In this document: piece by piece, positions 27,485 to 34,419 of the stretch
Layout: the number at the start of each line of letters is the position of its first letter
How positions within the stretch are numbered: the first letter of the stretch is position 1
Source of the DNA: an uncultured Bacilli bacterium
GTDB lineage: Bacteria > Bacillota_I > Bacilli_A > RF39 > UBA660
Assembly (NCBI GenBank): GCA_944358125.1
Contig: CALVQM010000002.1
Span: 1-38,943 of the forward strand
DNA length: 38,943 nucleotides
Direction: 5' to 3'
The notes under the pieces: model-generated
What the model saw: the letters and a program-made list of their open reading frames with translations, nothing else
Databases searched by the model: none
Told to the model about the DNA's origin: nothing
Translations under genes and position numbers: made by a program

Positions 27485-28621
27485 ATGAAAATACATAGAG
27501 CATATAAATTTCGCTTATATCCAACGAAAGAACAAGTAGTATATATTCGTAAAACTTTTGGTTGCACAAGATTTGTTTATAATTATTGTTTAGATTTAAA
27601 AAGAAAGAATAAATATTTAACAAAGTTTGATTTAATGAAAGAATTACCAAAATTAAAAAAAGAATATCCGTTTTTAAAAGAAGTAGATAGTAGTTCCCTT
27701 CAGAATACCATTACCGATTTAATGGTAGGTTTTAAAAAGCACGAAAAAGGAATTGGTGGTTATCCAAAATTTAAGAAAAAAGATGAAAAAGAAGGTTTTA
27801 GAACAAATTTCATTACAAGTAGTTATAAAGGCAGAGTTTACGAAAATATAAAAGTAAATTTAGTAAGAAGAGTAATTGAATTACCTAAATTAAAGTGTGT
27901 CAAAATAAGAGGATATCGAAATTTGGATAATATTAATGGAAGGATACTTAATGCCACAATAAGTGAAGTAGGCACTAGATTTTATGTGTCTGTATGTGTA
28001 GAGGAAGAGTTAGAAGTATCAGAGCCTTCAAATAATCAAGCAGTAGGAATCGATATAGGTGTTAAAAATTTAGTAGTAACTAGTAATAAAGAATATTATG
28101 GCAATCCTAAATATTTAGATAAATATGAAAGAAAGATAAAAAGGTTACAACAAGAACTATCAAGAAAGGCTAAAGCAAGTAAAAATTATATTAAATGTAA
28201 GAAAAAGTTAGAAGAAGTATATCGAAAACTAAAAAATGCTCGAAAAAAGACAGTAGAAAAGATAGTTAGTAACATAACCCGAAATCATGATATTATAATT
28301 GCAGAAAATCTTCAAGTAAAGAAAATGTTAGTGCATAATAATAACCACAAACATTTACGAAAAGAAATAACCAATGCTACATTTAGTGAGATTATACGAA
28401 TACTGAAATATAAATGTTTGTGGTTAAATAAGATATTTATTCAAGTTAGTCCTTATTATCCATCATCACAAATATGTAGCAAATGTGGAAATAGGAATGA
28501 AGAAATGAAAGATATAAGAGTAAGAGAATTAAAATGTAGTAAATGTGGTTTAGAAATAGAAAGAGATTATAATGCGAGTATTAACATATTAAATGAAGGA
28601 TTAAGATGTTACAATAATTAA
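27485..28621 (+). CDS. tnpB: TnpB (OrfB) RNA-guided endonuclease, IS200/IS605 family
   Basis: The N-terminus is MKIHRAYKFRLYPTKEQ. RuvC-like D/E/D residues are retained (GIDIGVKNL, IIAENLQ, ERDYNASINI). A zinc finger CSKCGN...CSKCG is present. Confidence 0.9.
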   Translation: MKIHRAYKFRLYPTKEQVVYIRKTFGCTRFVYNYCLDLKRKNKYLTKFDLMKELPKLKKEYPFLKEVDSSSLQNTITDLMVGFKKHEKGIGGYPKFKKKDEKEGFRTNFITSSYKGRVYENIKVNLVRRVIELPKLKCVKIRGYRNLDNINGRILNATISEVGTRFYVSVCVEEELEVSEPSNNQAVGIDIGVKNLVVTSNKEYYGNPKYLDKYERKIKRLQQELSRKAKASKNYIKCKKKLEEVYRKLKNARKKTVEKIVSNITRNHDIIIAENLQVKKMLVHNNNHKHLRKEITNATFSEIIRILKYKCLWLNKIFIQVSPYYPSSQICSKCGNRNEEMKDIRVRELKCSKCGLEIERDYNASINILNEGLRCYNN

Positions 28622-28654
28622 ATTAAAATAAAAATATAAATTAAATAAAAGAAG

Positions 28655-28752
28655 TACGGGAGCTACTCTCGGAAATAAGGTCTGTGATGTATAAAAAAAT
28701 ACAGCAGAAAAAAACGAACCGTGAGGTTCGGCGAATTAACGTAAGTTAATTC
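28655..28752 (+). ncRNA. Putative 3' scaffold of the TnpB omega-RNA (reRNA)
   Basis: There are three or four consecutive hairpins. CGGGAG/CTCTCG lies at 28657-28671. TGTAT/ATACA lies around 28688-28703. CGAACC-GTGA-GGTTCG lies at 28715-28730. GAATTAAC-GTAA-GTTAATTC lies at 28733-28752. The last two are perfect stems capped by GNRA tetraloops. The RNA probably starts inside the tnpB 3' end. Confidence 0.45.
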
Positions 28753-28852
28753 TTATGTTCCTTTAAAAAAATCTTTACAATTAAAAATAAATATAGTATA
28801 AGTAATATACTAATCTTGTTTTATAGGGGTGTAGGGCTAGAAAGGATAGTCC

Positions 28853-29758
28853 ATGAAAGAACAAGAATATTTAGAAGAAATAGAACATTTAATTAAGAAA
28901 AATGAAATAAGTAAAAAAGTTAGAAGGTTAGAAGAAAACCATAGTTTAGTCGAAACATAATGGCAAATTGGCCGTTTAATTGTGGAAGCCCAAGGTGGAA
29001 GCACTAGGGCAAAATATGGCAATGAATTAATTAAGAAATGGTCTGTTAAATTAACTGAAACTTATGGCAAAGGATATAATTATACGAATTTATCTAGATT
29101 TAGACAATTTTATTTATGCTATCCAATACTTGCCCCATCAGGGCAATATTTAAACTGGGCTCATTATCGTGAGCTATTACCTATTAAAGATGAAAATAAG
29201 CGAAACTACTACATAAATTTATGTATAAAAAACAACTTATCTAAAAGAGAATTGACTGATGCCATAAAATCAAATACTTATGAAAGACTAATAAATAAAC
29301 CAGATAAAATTGAAATAGAAACACCAAAGACATACTCTATAACTACTGATATGCAAAATCCTATTATTATTCCAGCTCAAAGTAAAGTTAATAATGAACA
29401 TGATTTAGAATTAAATATTTTAGCTAATTTAGATTATTTCTTTAAGCAATTAGGAGTCGGATTTTTATATGCAGGTCATCAATATAAACTAACGAAAGAC
29501 AATCATAATTATTTTATAGATCTTCTTCTTTTTAATTATGAATTTAATGCTTTTGTAGTTATTGAATTAAAGTTAAGAAGCTTAAGAAAAGAAGATAAAG
29601 CTCAAATAGAGTTCTATATGAAATTAGTTGATGAACAAGTAAAAAAGCCATTTCATAATAAAACTATAGGTATCATTATATCTAAAGAAAGTGATAATTT
29701 TATTGTTAATTTTATTAGAAGTGAAGATATAATTCCCTTATATTATGAATTACAATAA
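28853..29758 (+). pseudogene. DUF1016/YhcG-family PD-(D/E)xK nuclease gene interrupted by an in-frame TAA at 28958-28960
   Basis: The frame starting at ATG 28853 reads MKEQEYLEEIEHLIKKNEISKKVRRLEENHSLVET*WQIGRLIVEAQGG... and continues into the 258-aa track ORF (28982-29758). The family motif ETYWxIGR is broken at Y, and the downstream paralogous fragment has TAT at this codon. The nuclease motif IDLLLF...VVIELK is intact. Confidence 0.7.
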
Positions 29759-29770
29759 TAAGTTTTAGTT

Positions 29771-30035
29771 ATAATTTAGCAGAAACATATTGGCAAATAA
29801 TAAAACTTACTGTAGAAGCTCCAATGGTAATGAATTAATAAAGAAATGGTCTGTTAAATTAACTGAAACTTATGGAAAAGGATATAATTATACGAATTTA
29901 TCTAGATTTAGACAATTTTATTTATGTTTTGAAAAGGTGCCGCAGTGCAGCACCCATTCACCTAAACGCATTACAAAAGATTATTGTCTATAAAAGATCA
30001 AACCAAAAGAAATTATTACATTAATTTATGTATAA
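29771..30035 (+). pseudogene. Decayed internal fragment of a second DUF1016/YhcG copy
   Basis: There is nucleotide-level similarity to 28941-29230 (ETYWQI..., NELIKKWSVKLTETYGKGYNYTNLSRFRQFYLC, ...KRNYYINLCI). Relative to the first copy it has a net 22-nt deletion (frameshift) and internal stops. It lacks a 5' end, and similarity stops abruptly at about 30035. Confidence 0.7.
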
Positions 30036-30150
30036 GGTTGTGATACTAGTAATTTACGGCAGTTTCAGTAATTTTATATTATATTTCAAAAAATACGGAC
30101 CAGTGGATCGCATAATGTATTAAGAATAATTTATTTGTTAGATAATTACT

Positions 30151-30191
30151 TCAATAAAAAGCAGTTGTACAAAAATTTTATACAACTGCTT
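30151..30191 (-). terminator. Rho-independent terminator of the XRE gene
   Basis: AAGCAGTTGTA (30159-30169) pairs with TACAACTGCTT (30181-30191), an 11-bp stem. TTTATTG follows on the minus strand. Confidence 0.65.
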
Positions 30192-30218
30192 GTAATTGAA
30201 AATAATAAACTAATAATA

Positions 30219-30464
30219 TTATTTTATTGAACTATTTTTTTGAACTATATTTTTATATTCTTCATCTGGAATTAATTTAATTAAATCACCCGGCTTACAA
30301 TTTAAATAATAACAAAATTCCTCAATATATTTAAAAGAAATAGCAGTAGTTTCTCCTCTAATAATTCGATTAATATTTCTACTTGTCATATTCATTTGAC
30401 AACATAACCAATATTTACTTTTATTATTTTTCTTTAAAAGTTCTTCAATATTTATTATAACCAT
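30219..30464 (-). CDS. Small XRE/Cro-C1-type helix-turn-helix transcriptional regulator
   Basis: 81 aa. SKYWLCCQMNMTSRNINRIIRGETTAISFKYIEEFCYYLNCKPGDL fits the HTH_26/XRE pattern (...i..i..g....i.l..l..iC..L.c.pgDl). The RBS is GAGGTGA. Confidence 0.8.
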   Translation of the reverse strand: MVIINIEELLKKNNKSKYWLCCQMNMTSRNINRIIRGETTAISFKYIEEFCYYLNCKPGDLIKLIPDEEYKNIVQKNSSIK

Positions 30465-30520
30465 AGTATCACCTCAATCACAATTTATTTTACATAAACA
30501 GCAAAATATAAATAAGGTAC

Positions 30521-30549
30521 TTGAAATACCCATATTTATAAGATATAAT
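30521..30549 (+). promoter_or_regulatory. Near-consensus promoter of the 609-aa gene, bracketed by a 9-mer direct repeat
   Basis: TTGAAA (30521-30526), a 17-nt spacer, then TATAAT (30544-30549). TATTTATAA occurs at 30533-30541 and again at 30551-30559. Confidence 0.6.
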
Positions 30550-30585
30550 GTATTTATAAATATGATTGAGTAAAGGAAGTCGTTT

Positions 30586-32415
30586 ATGGAAAAGAAAAAG
30601 AAAAAAATATGGATTATAGGGGGATTAATATTATGTTTGGTGGCAGTAATTGGTATAACTTTTGCTTTCTTTAGTACCGGTGGTACTCAAGATACAGCCA
30701 ATACTTTTACTAGTGGTTGCCTAAATATTGAATTAACAGATGCCTCATCATCTATTAATCTAACTAATACTTATCCTATAAGTGATGTCGAAGGGGTAGA
30801 TACAACTAGTTATGATTTTACTATTAGAAATACATGTGATACATCAACTAATTACAGTATTAATCTAGAAAGCTTAAATCAAGTATCAAACTCACTTAAT
30901 GCTGATTATATCAAAGTATCACTATCAAGTAATACCATAGATAATGTAATATCTAAATTAAGTGATAATATAGTAGCCACTCCCGAAATAGATGGAGCAT
31001 ATGAAGCATATACTTTGTATACTGGAAGTATAAATGCCCATGAAGAAAAAACATATCATTTAAAACTATGGATAGATTATGATGCAACAGTAGAACAAGC
31101 AGCGAATAAAACCTATTCATCAAAAATAAATGTTACAGCTAATCCTGAAACAAGTGTAGTAGACACATTAGAAGCAACATTTACATTAGATGATAAAACC
31201 CTAACCAGTAGTTTATCAAATAATGTAACAAGTGCTACATACTGTACCACTACAACCAATATATGTGAACCAACAACACCAGCAACAATAACAAATAATA
31301 GTTATACAGTAGAATTAGAAGGAAATGAAAATAATCAAATGGTATGTACTAAACTAAATGGTACAAGTAAAGTAATATGTAGTAATGGACTAGAGGTAAA
31401 AAATCCATGTGGAGAAGCATGTCAAACTATATTAGCCCAAGAAGGCGGAGCAGAAGCAATAGAAGCTAAAGGGACACCTGATTTTAGTAAAACAGCAACA
31501 ACCGATGAAGGAATGTATGCAGCTGAAGATGATTATGGAACAACCTATTATTATAGGGGAGCAGTTAATGATAACTGGTTCGAATTCGGAACAAATAGCA
31601 GTGGGCAGCCACTGTACTGGAGAATTGTACGAATTAATGGAGACGGAAGCATAAGACTAATCTATAATGGAACAAGTACCACAACAGAAGGTGACAGTAC
31701 CATGATAAATACAGTCCAAGCATTTAATACTTCGTATAATAATAACGCTTATGTAGGGTATATGTATGAAAATAACCAAGTGCATGGACTTACCACAAAT
31801 AGTAGTATCAAAACAACATTAGATAATTGGTATATAGATAATTTAAAAGATGAATATGCCGAGTATCTAGATGGAAATGCGGGCTTTTGTGGAGATAGAA
31901 CTTCAACAACAACAGATGGTGGAGCACCAAATGATACCGGAGGAACAGGAACAACCGCTACATATTATGGAGCAAGCTATAGACTACACACAAATAAAAC
32001 ACCAACCTTCAAATGCAGTGATATAGATAATGATTTATATACAACGCCAGGAAGTAGTAAAGGGAATGGAGCATTAATAGTAAATAATAGTAATGATGAG
32101 AACTACCGTGATGAAACACCAACACCAATCGGACTTATCACAGCGGATGAAGTAGCGTTTGCAGGTGGGGTATACGGAACAAGTAATAGTAGTTACTACT
32201 TATATAGTAATTACGCAGTATATTGGACTATGTCTCCGTATAATTTTGACGGCAGCATTGCTCTCGTGTTTCGTGTGAGTTCGAGTGGCTCCCTCAACGA
32301 CTACCGCGTACCTAGCCCGTATGGTGTACGCCCAGTTATAAATATTCGTGCTAACGTAGAATTAACGGGAACAGGTAGCCAAGATAATCCATTCAAAGTA
32401 GTTGGTGCTAATTAA
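30586..32415 (+). CDS. Secreted/surface protein: SipW-type signal peptide, TasA/camelysin-like N-domain, Cys/Thr-rich linker and C-terminal DUF6273-like domain ending in GVRPV
   Basis: MEKKKKKIWIIGGLILCLVAVIGITFAFFSTGGTQDTANTFTSGCLNIEL parallels TasA ...GGGTWAAFNDIKSKDATFASGTLDLS. The C-terminus contains LYWRIVRINGDGSIRLIYNG, ITADEVAFAGG, YWTMSP and YGVRPVINI. Confidence 0.75.
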   Translation: MEKKKKKIWIIGGLILCLVAVIGITFAFFSTGGTQDTANTFTSGCLNIELTDASSSINLTNTYPISDVEGVDTTSYDFTIRNTCDTSTNYSINLESLNQVSNSLNADYIKVSLSSNTIDNVISKLSDNIVATPEIDGAYEAYTLYTGSINAHEEKTYHLKLWIDYDATVEQAANKTYSSKINVTANPETSVVDTLEATFTLDDKTLTSSLSNNVTSATYCTTTTNICEPTTPATITNNSYTVELEGNENNQMVCTKLNGTSKVICSNGLEVKNPCGEACQTILAQEGGAEAIEAKGTPDFSKTATTDEGMYAAEDDYGTTYYYRGAVNDNWFEFGTNSSGQPLYWRIVRINGDGSIRLIYNGTSTTTEGDSTMINTVQAFNTSYNNNAYVGYMYENNQVHGLTTNSSIKTTLDNWYIDNLKDEYAEYLDGNAGFCGDRTSTTTDGGAPNDTGGTGTTATYYGASYRLHTNKTPTFKCSDIDNDLYTTPGSSKGNGALIVNNSNDENYRDETPTPIGLITADEVAFAGGVYGTSNSSYYLYSNYAVYWTMSPYNFDGSIALVFRVSSSGSLNDYRVPSPYGVRPVINIRANVELTGTGSQDNPFKVVGAN

Positions 32416-32417
32416 TT

Positions 32418-32451
32418 CTTGCCTACGTCGCTTCCTTTACACGTAGGCAGG
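32418..32451 (+). terminator. First hairpin after the 609-aa gene
   Basis: CTTGCCTACGT (32418-32428) pairs with ACGTAGGCAGG (32441-32451), giving 11 bp with one G-U pair and a 12-nt loop. The T-run begins only about 10 nt downstream. Confidence 0.45.
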
Positions 32452-32469
32452 ATTGTATTATTTTTCTAT

Positions 32470-32497
32470 AGTGGAGTTTATCTCCACTTATTTTGTT
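32470..32497 (+). terminator. Second hairpin / terminator after the 609-aa gene
   Basis: AGTGGAG (32470-32476) pairs with CTCCACT (32482-32488) around the loop TTTAT. TATTTTGTT follows. Confidence 0.55.
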
Positions 32498-32499
32498 GC

Positions 32500-32601
32500 A
32501 AAAAAATAGAAGCTGCCCCCTGAAGACAGCTTCTTAAAAGAATAAAAAGGGGTTGACTAGTGTGATACTAGCACCAATTCGCCTTGTTAAGTGAATTGGT
32601 G
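32500..32601 (-). ncRNA. Candidate about 100-nt small RNA with an unpaired C-rich/U-rich tract
   Basis: On the minus strand the order is promoter, 9-bp hairpin (CACCAATTC/GAATTGGTG), 5-bp hairpin (CTAGT/ACTAG), single-stranded TCAACCCCTTTTTATTCTTTT, then an 8-bp hairpin (AGAAGCTG/CAGCTTCT, 32508-32534) followed by ATTTTTTT. There is no ATG-initiated ORF. Confidence 0.45.
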
Positions 32602-32607
32602 ATTGTT

Positions 32608-32636
32608 ATATTAAAGGATAAAAGCCATTTTGTCAA
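32608..32636 (-). promoter_or_regulatory. Consensus-like minus-strand promoter of the candidate sRNA
   Basis: On the minus strand: TTGACA (32636-32631), an exactly 17-nt spacer, then TAATAT (32613-32608). Confidence 0.5.
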
Positions 32637-32734
32637 CTATTTTTTTTCATTTTTTGAAAAAAATTTCAAATAAATTTTAAATTAATTTACAAAGTAGCAT
32701 TTGTTTGTTAAAATTATAATGGTAGGTGTTAGAA

Positions 32735-34357
32735 ATGATTATTAAAAAACCTTATGCCTTTATGTTAAAACACTTTAGATTAATTCACTTATTATTATTA
32801 ATACCTATGATTTTCCTAGTAACTCAAACAAGGGGGATCATATCTTTTTTTGGTGAATATGTTGCTAATAATTATACTTTAGCCGCATCTACAGATGTTT
32901 TATCAAGTCTAGCAAGTAATTATATTAACATATTTATGTATCTCGCCGTCATCATTATTTTAGCTGTCTTTGTAACTCTATCTATTTTGTTACAAAGAAA
33001 AGAAAAGCCTGTTAGATTTTACAATATAAGTATAGTTTATTATTTAGTAATATTCATTTTAATAACTGTTAGTTTTAGTATCTTTACGGCTATTGAAAAT
33101 GATACTTTAGATCCTGTCATGATAAGAATGATACGTGATTTAGCTACTGTTATTCATTATAGCCAATATATTTTTATTGCTTTTACTGCTATAAGAGGAA
33201 TTGGCTTTAATATTCAAAAATTTGATTTTAAAAGTGATTTAGCTGAACTAGAAATAAGTAGTGAAGATAGTGAAGAAGTAGAGTTTTTAGTTGGAATAGA
33301 TACTGATAAAGCTAAAAGAAATATTCGTCGTTTCTTTAGGGAATTAAAATATTATTACAAAGAAAATAAATTCATTTTTATCATGATAGGTGTTATTGCT
33401 GTAGGTATTATAGGAACTCTTGTTTATATGAATAAAGAAGTATATCAAAGAGTTTACCGAGAACAAGAAAGTCTTGCCTCTGGATATTTAAATTTTACTG
33501 TTAAAGATAGCTTTATATCTAATTTAAGTCAAGATGGAGAAGTTTTAAATGATGGTAAGTATTATGTTATTTTACAGTTAGAAATTACCAATCGTTATCG
33601 TGAAGATCATGAATTTAATTATATTAATTTAGAATTAACTATTAATAATGAATATTTCTTACCAAATTTATCTATAGCGAATTACTTTAAAGATTATGGA
33701 ACTCCATTCAATGGTACATATATTAAAGGAAATACAACCAGTGATTATATTCTTGTATATGAAATAGATGAATTTTTAATTAATCAAAGTTTTATGCTTA
33801 CTGTATATTCCCATTATGATGCTAGTGTAGGAGGAATTGGCTCTGTAAACAACCGAATCCGATTAGATCCAACTCTTATTAGTGATGAACTTACAATTAA
33901 TAATGTTAATATAGGAACAAATATTAATTTAGCAAATACTAATTTAGGTAATTCGCGTTTTATGATAACCGGTTATGAATTTACCAATCGTCATGAATAT
34001 ACATATGAATATTGCATAACTTCATCAGATTGTAGACAAGCTACTAATCATATTGCTATTGATTATGCCCTAGATGGAACTAATACAACTCTTTTAGTCC
34101 TAGATTATGCTCTTTCTTTAGATAAAGAAATACCATATTTAGATATAGCTAGAACTTATCGCTCTATCTTTGAAGATTATACCAAGTTAGCCTACCAAAT
34201 AAATGGCAAGACTTATTACTATGATGTTTCTATTGCTAATCCTAGCAACTATGATGAAAAAGCGGTTATAAAAGTTCCAAGAGTAATGGAAACAGCGGAT
34301 AGTATAGAGTTAATATTAACCATCAGAAATATATCATACCATATAAAATTAAAATAA
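32735..34357 (+). CDS. Large multi-pass membrane protein with extracellular beta-sandwich (DUF4352-like) region
   Basis: There are about 4-5 N-terminal TM helices, then an acidic segment (ELEISSEDSEEVEF), then another TM (FIFIMIGVIAVGIIGTLVY). The ectodomain contains GKYYVILQLEITNRYREDHEF, which is DUF4352-like. The ATG at 32735, with RBS GGTAGGTG, is preferred over the GTG at 32726. Confidence 0.7.
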   Translation: MIIKKPYAFMLKHFRLIHLLLLIPMIFLVTQTRGIISFFGEYVANNYTLAASTDVLSSLASNYINIFMYLAVIIILAVFVTLSILLQRKEKPVRFYNISIVYYLVIFILITVSFSIFTAIENDTLDPVMIRMIRDLATVIHYSQYIFIAFTAIRGIGFNIQKFDFKSDLAELEISSEDSEEVEFLVGIDTDKAKRNIRRFFRELKYYYKENKFIFIMIGVIAVGIIGTLVYMNKEVYQRVYREQESLASGYLNFTVKDSFISNLSQDGEVLNDGKYYVILQLEITNRYREDHEFNYINLELTINNEYFLPNLSIANYFKDYGTPFNGTYIKGNTTSDYILVYEIDEFLINQSFMLTVYSHYDASVGGIGSVNNRIRLDPTLISDELTINNVNIGTNINLANTNLGNSRFMITGYEFTNRHEYTYEYCITSSDCRQATNHIAIDYALDGTNTTLLVLDYALSLDKEIPYLDIARTYRSIFEDYTKLAYQINGKTYYYDVSIANPSNYDEKAVIKVPRVMETADSIELILTIRNISYHIKLK

Positions 34358-34360
34358 AAT

Positions 34361-34389
34361 TTGCCAAAATGCTTACTTTTTGGTATTAT
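34361..34389 (+). promoter_or_regulatory. Extended -10 promoter of the RSH gene
   Basis: TTGCCA (34361-34366), a 17-nt spacer, then TGgTATTAT (34381-34389). Confidence 0.55.
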
Positions 34390-34419
34390 AGTATAAATTA
34401 ATTTTGGGGGTGTGAGATA

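Larger units (their letters stand above)
27431..28752 (+). mobile_element. tnpA-less IS200/IS605-family (IS1341-like) TnpB element; ends approximate
   Basis: It carries its own consensus promoter, an intact tnpB, and a structured non-coding 3' region with GNRA-capped hairpins. No Y1 transposase gene is present in the window. I cannot fix the exact LE and RE from one copy. Confidence 0.55.

Noticed and set aside
28982-29758. The 258-aa track ORF starting at GTG 28982 as the intact gene
   Set aside because: Family-typical sequence continues in frame for 43 codons upstream to an ATG at 28853, broken only by one TAA. There is no RBS before the GTG. I annotate it as a nonsense-interrupted gene, although a reinitiated truncated product cannot be excluded.
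29790-29993. The 67-aa track ORF as a real small gene
   Set aside because: Its middle duplicates the DUF1016 N-terminal segment (NELIKKWSVKLTETYGKGYNYTNLSRFRQFYLC). Homology continues upstream and downstream in other frames. It is therefore a frame-shifted piece of the decayed paralogue.
32416-32725. A search for a DGR template repeat, avd or reverse transcriptase next to the NNC-rich patch
   Set aside because: The intergenic region has no similarity to 32230-32345, and no RT-like ORF exists in the window. The DGR idea is therefore kept only as a remote-target hypothesis in the findings.
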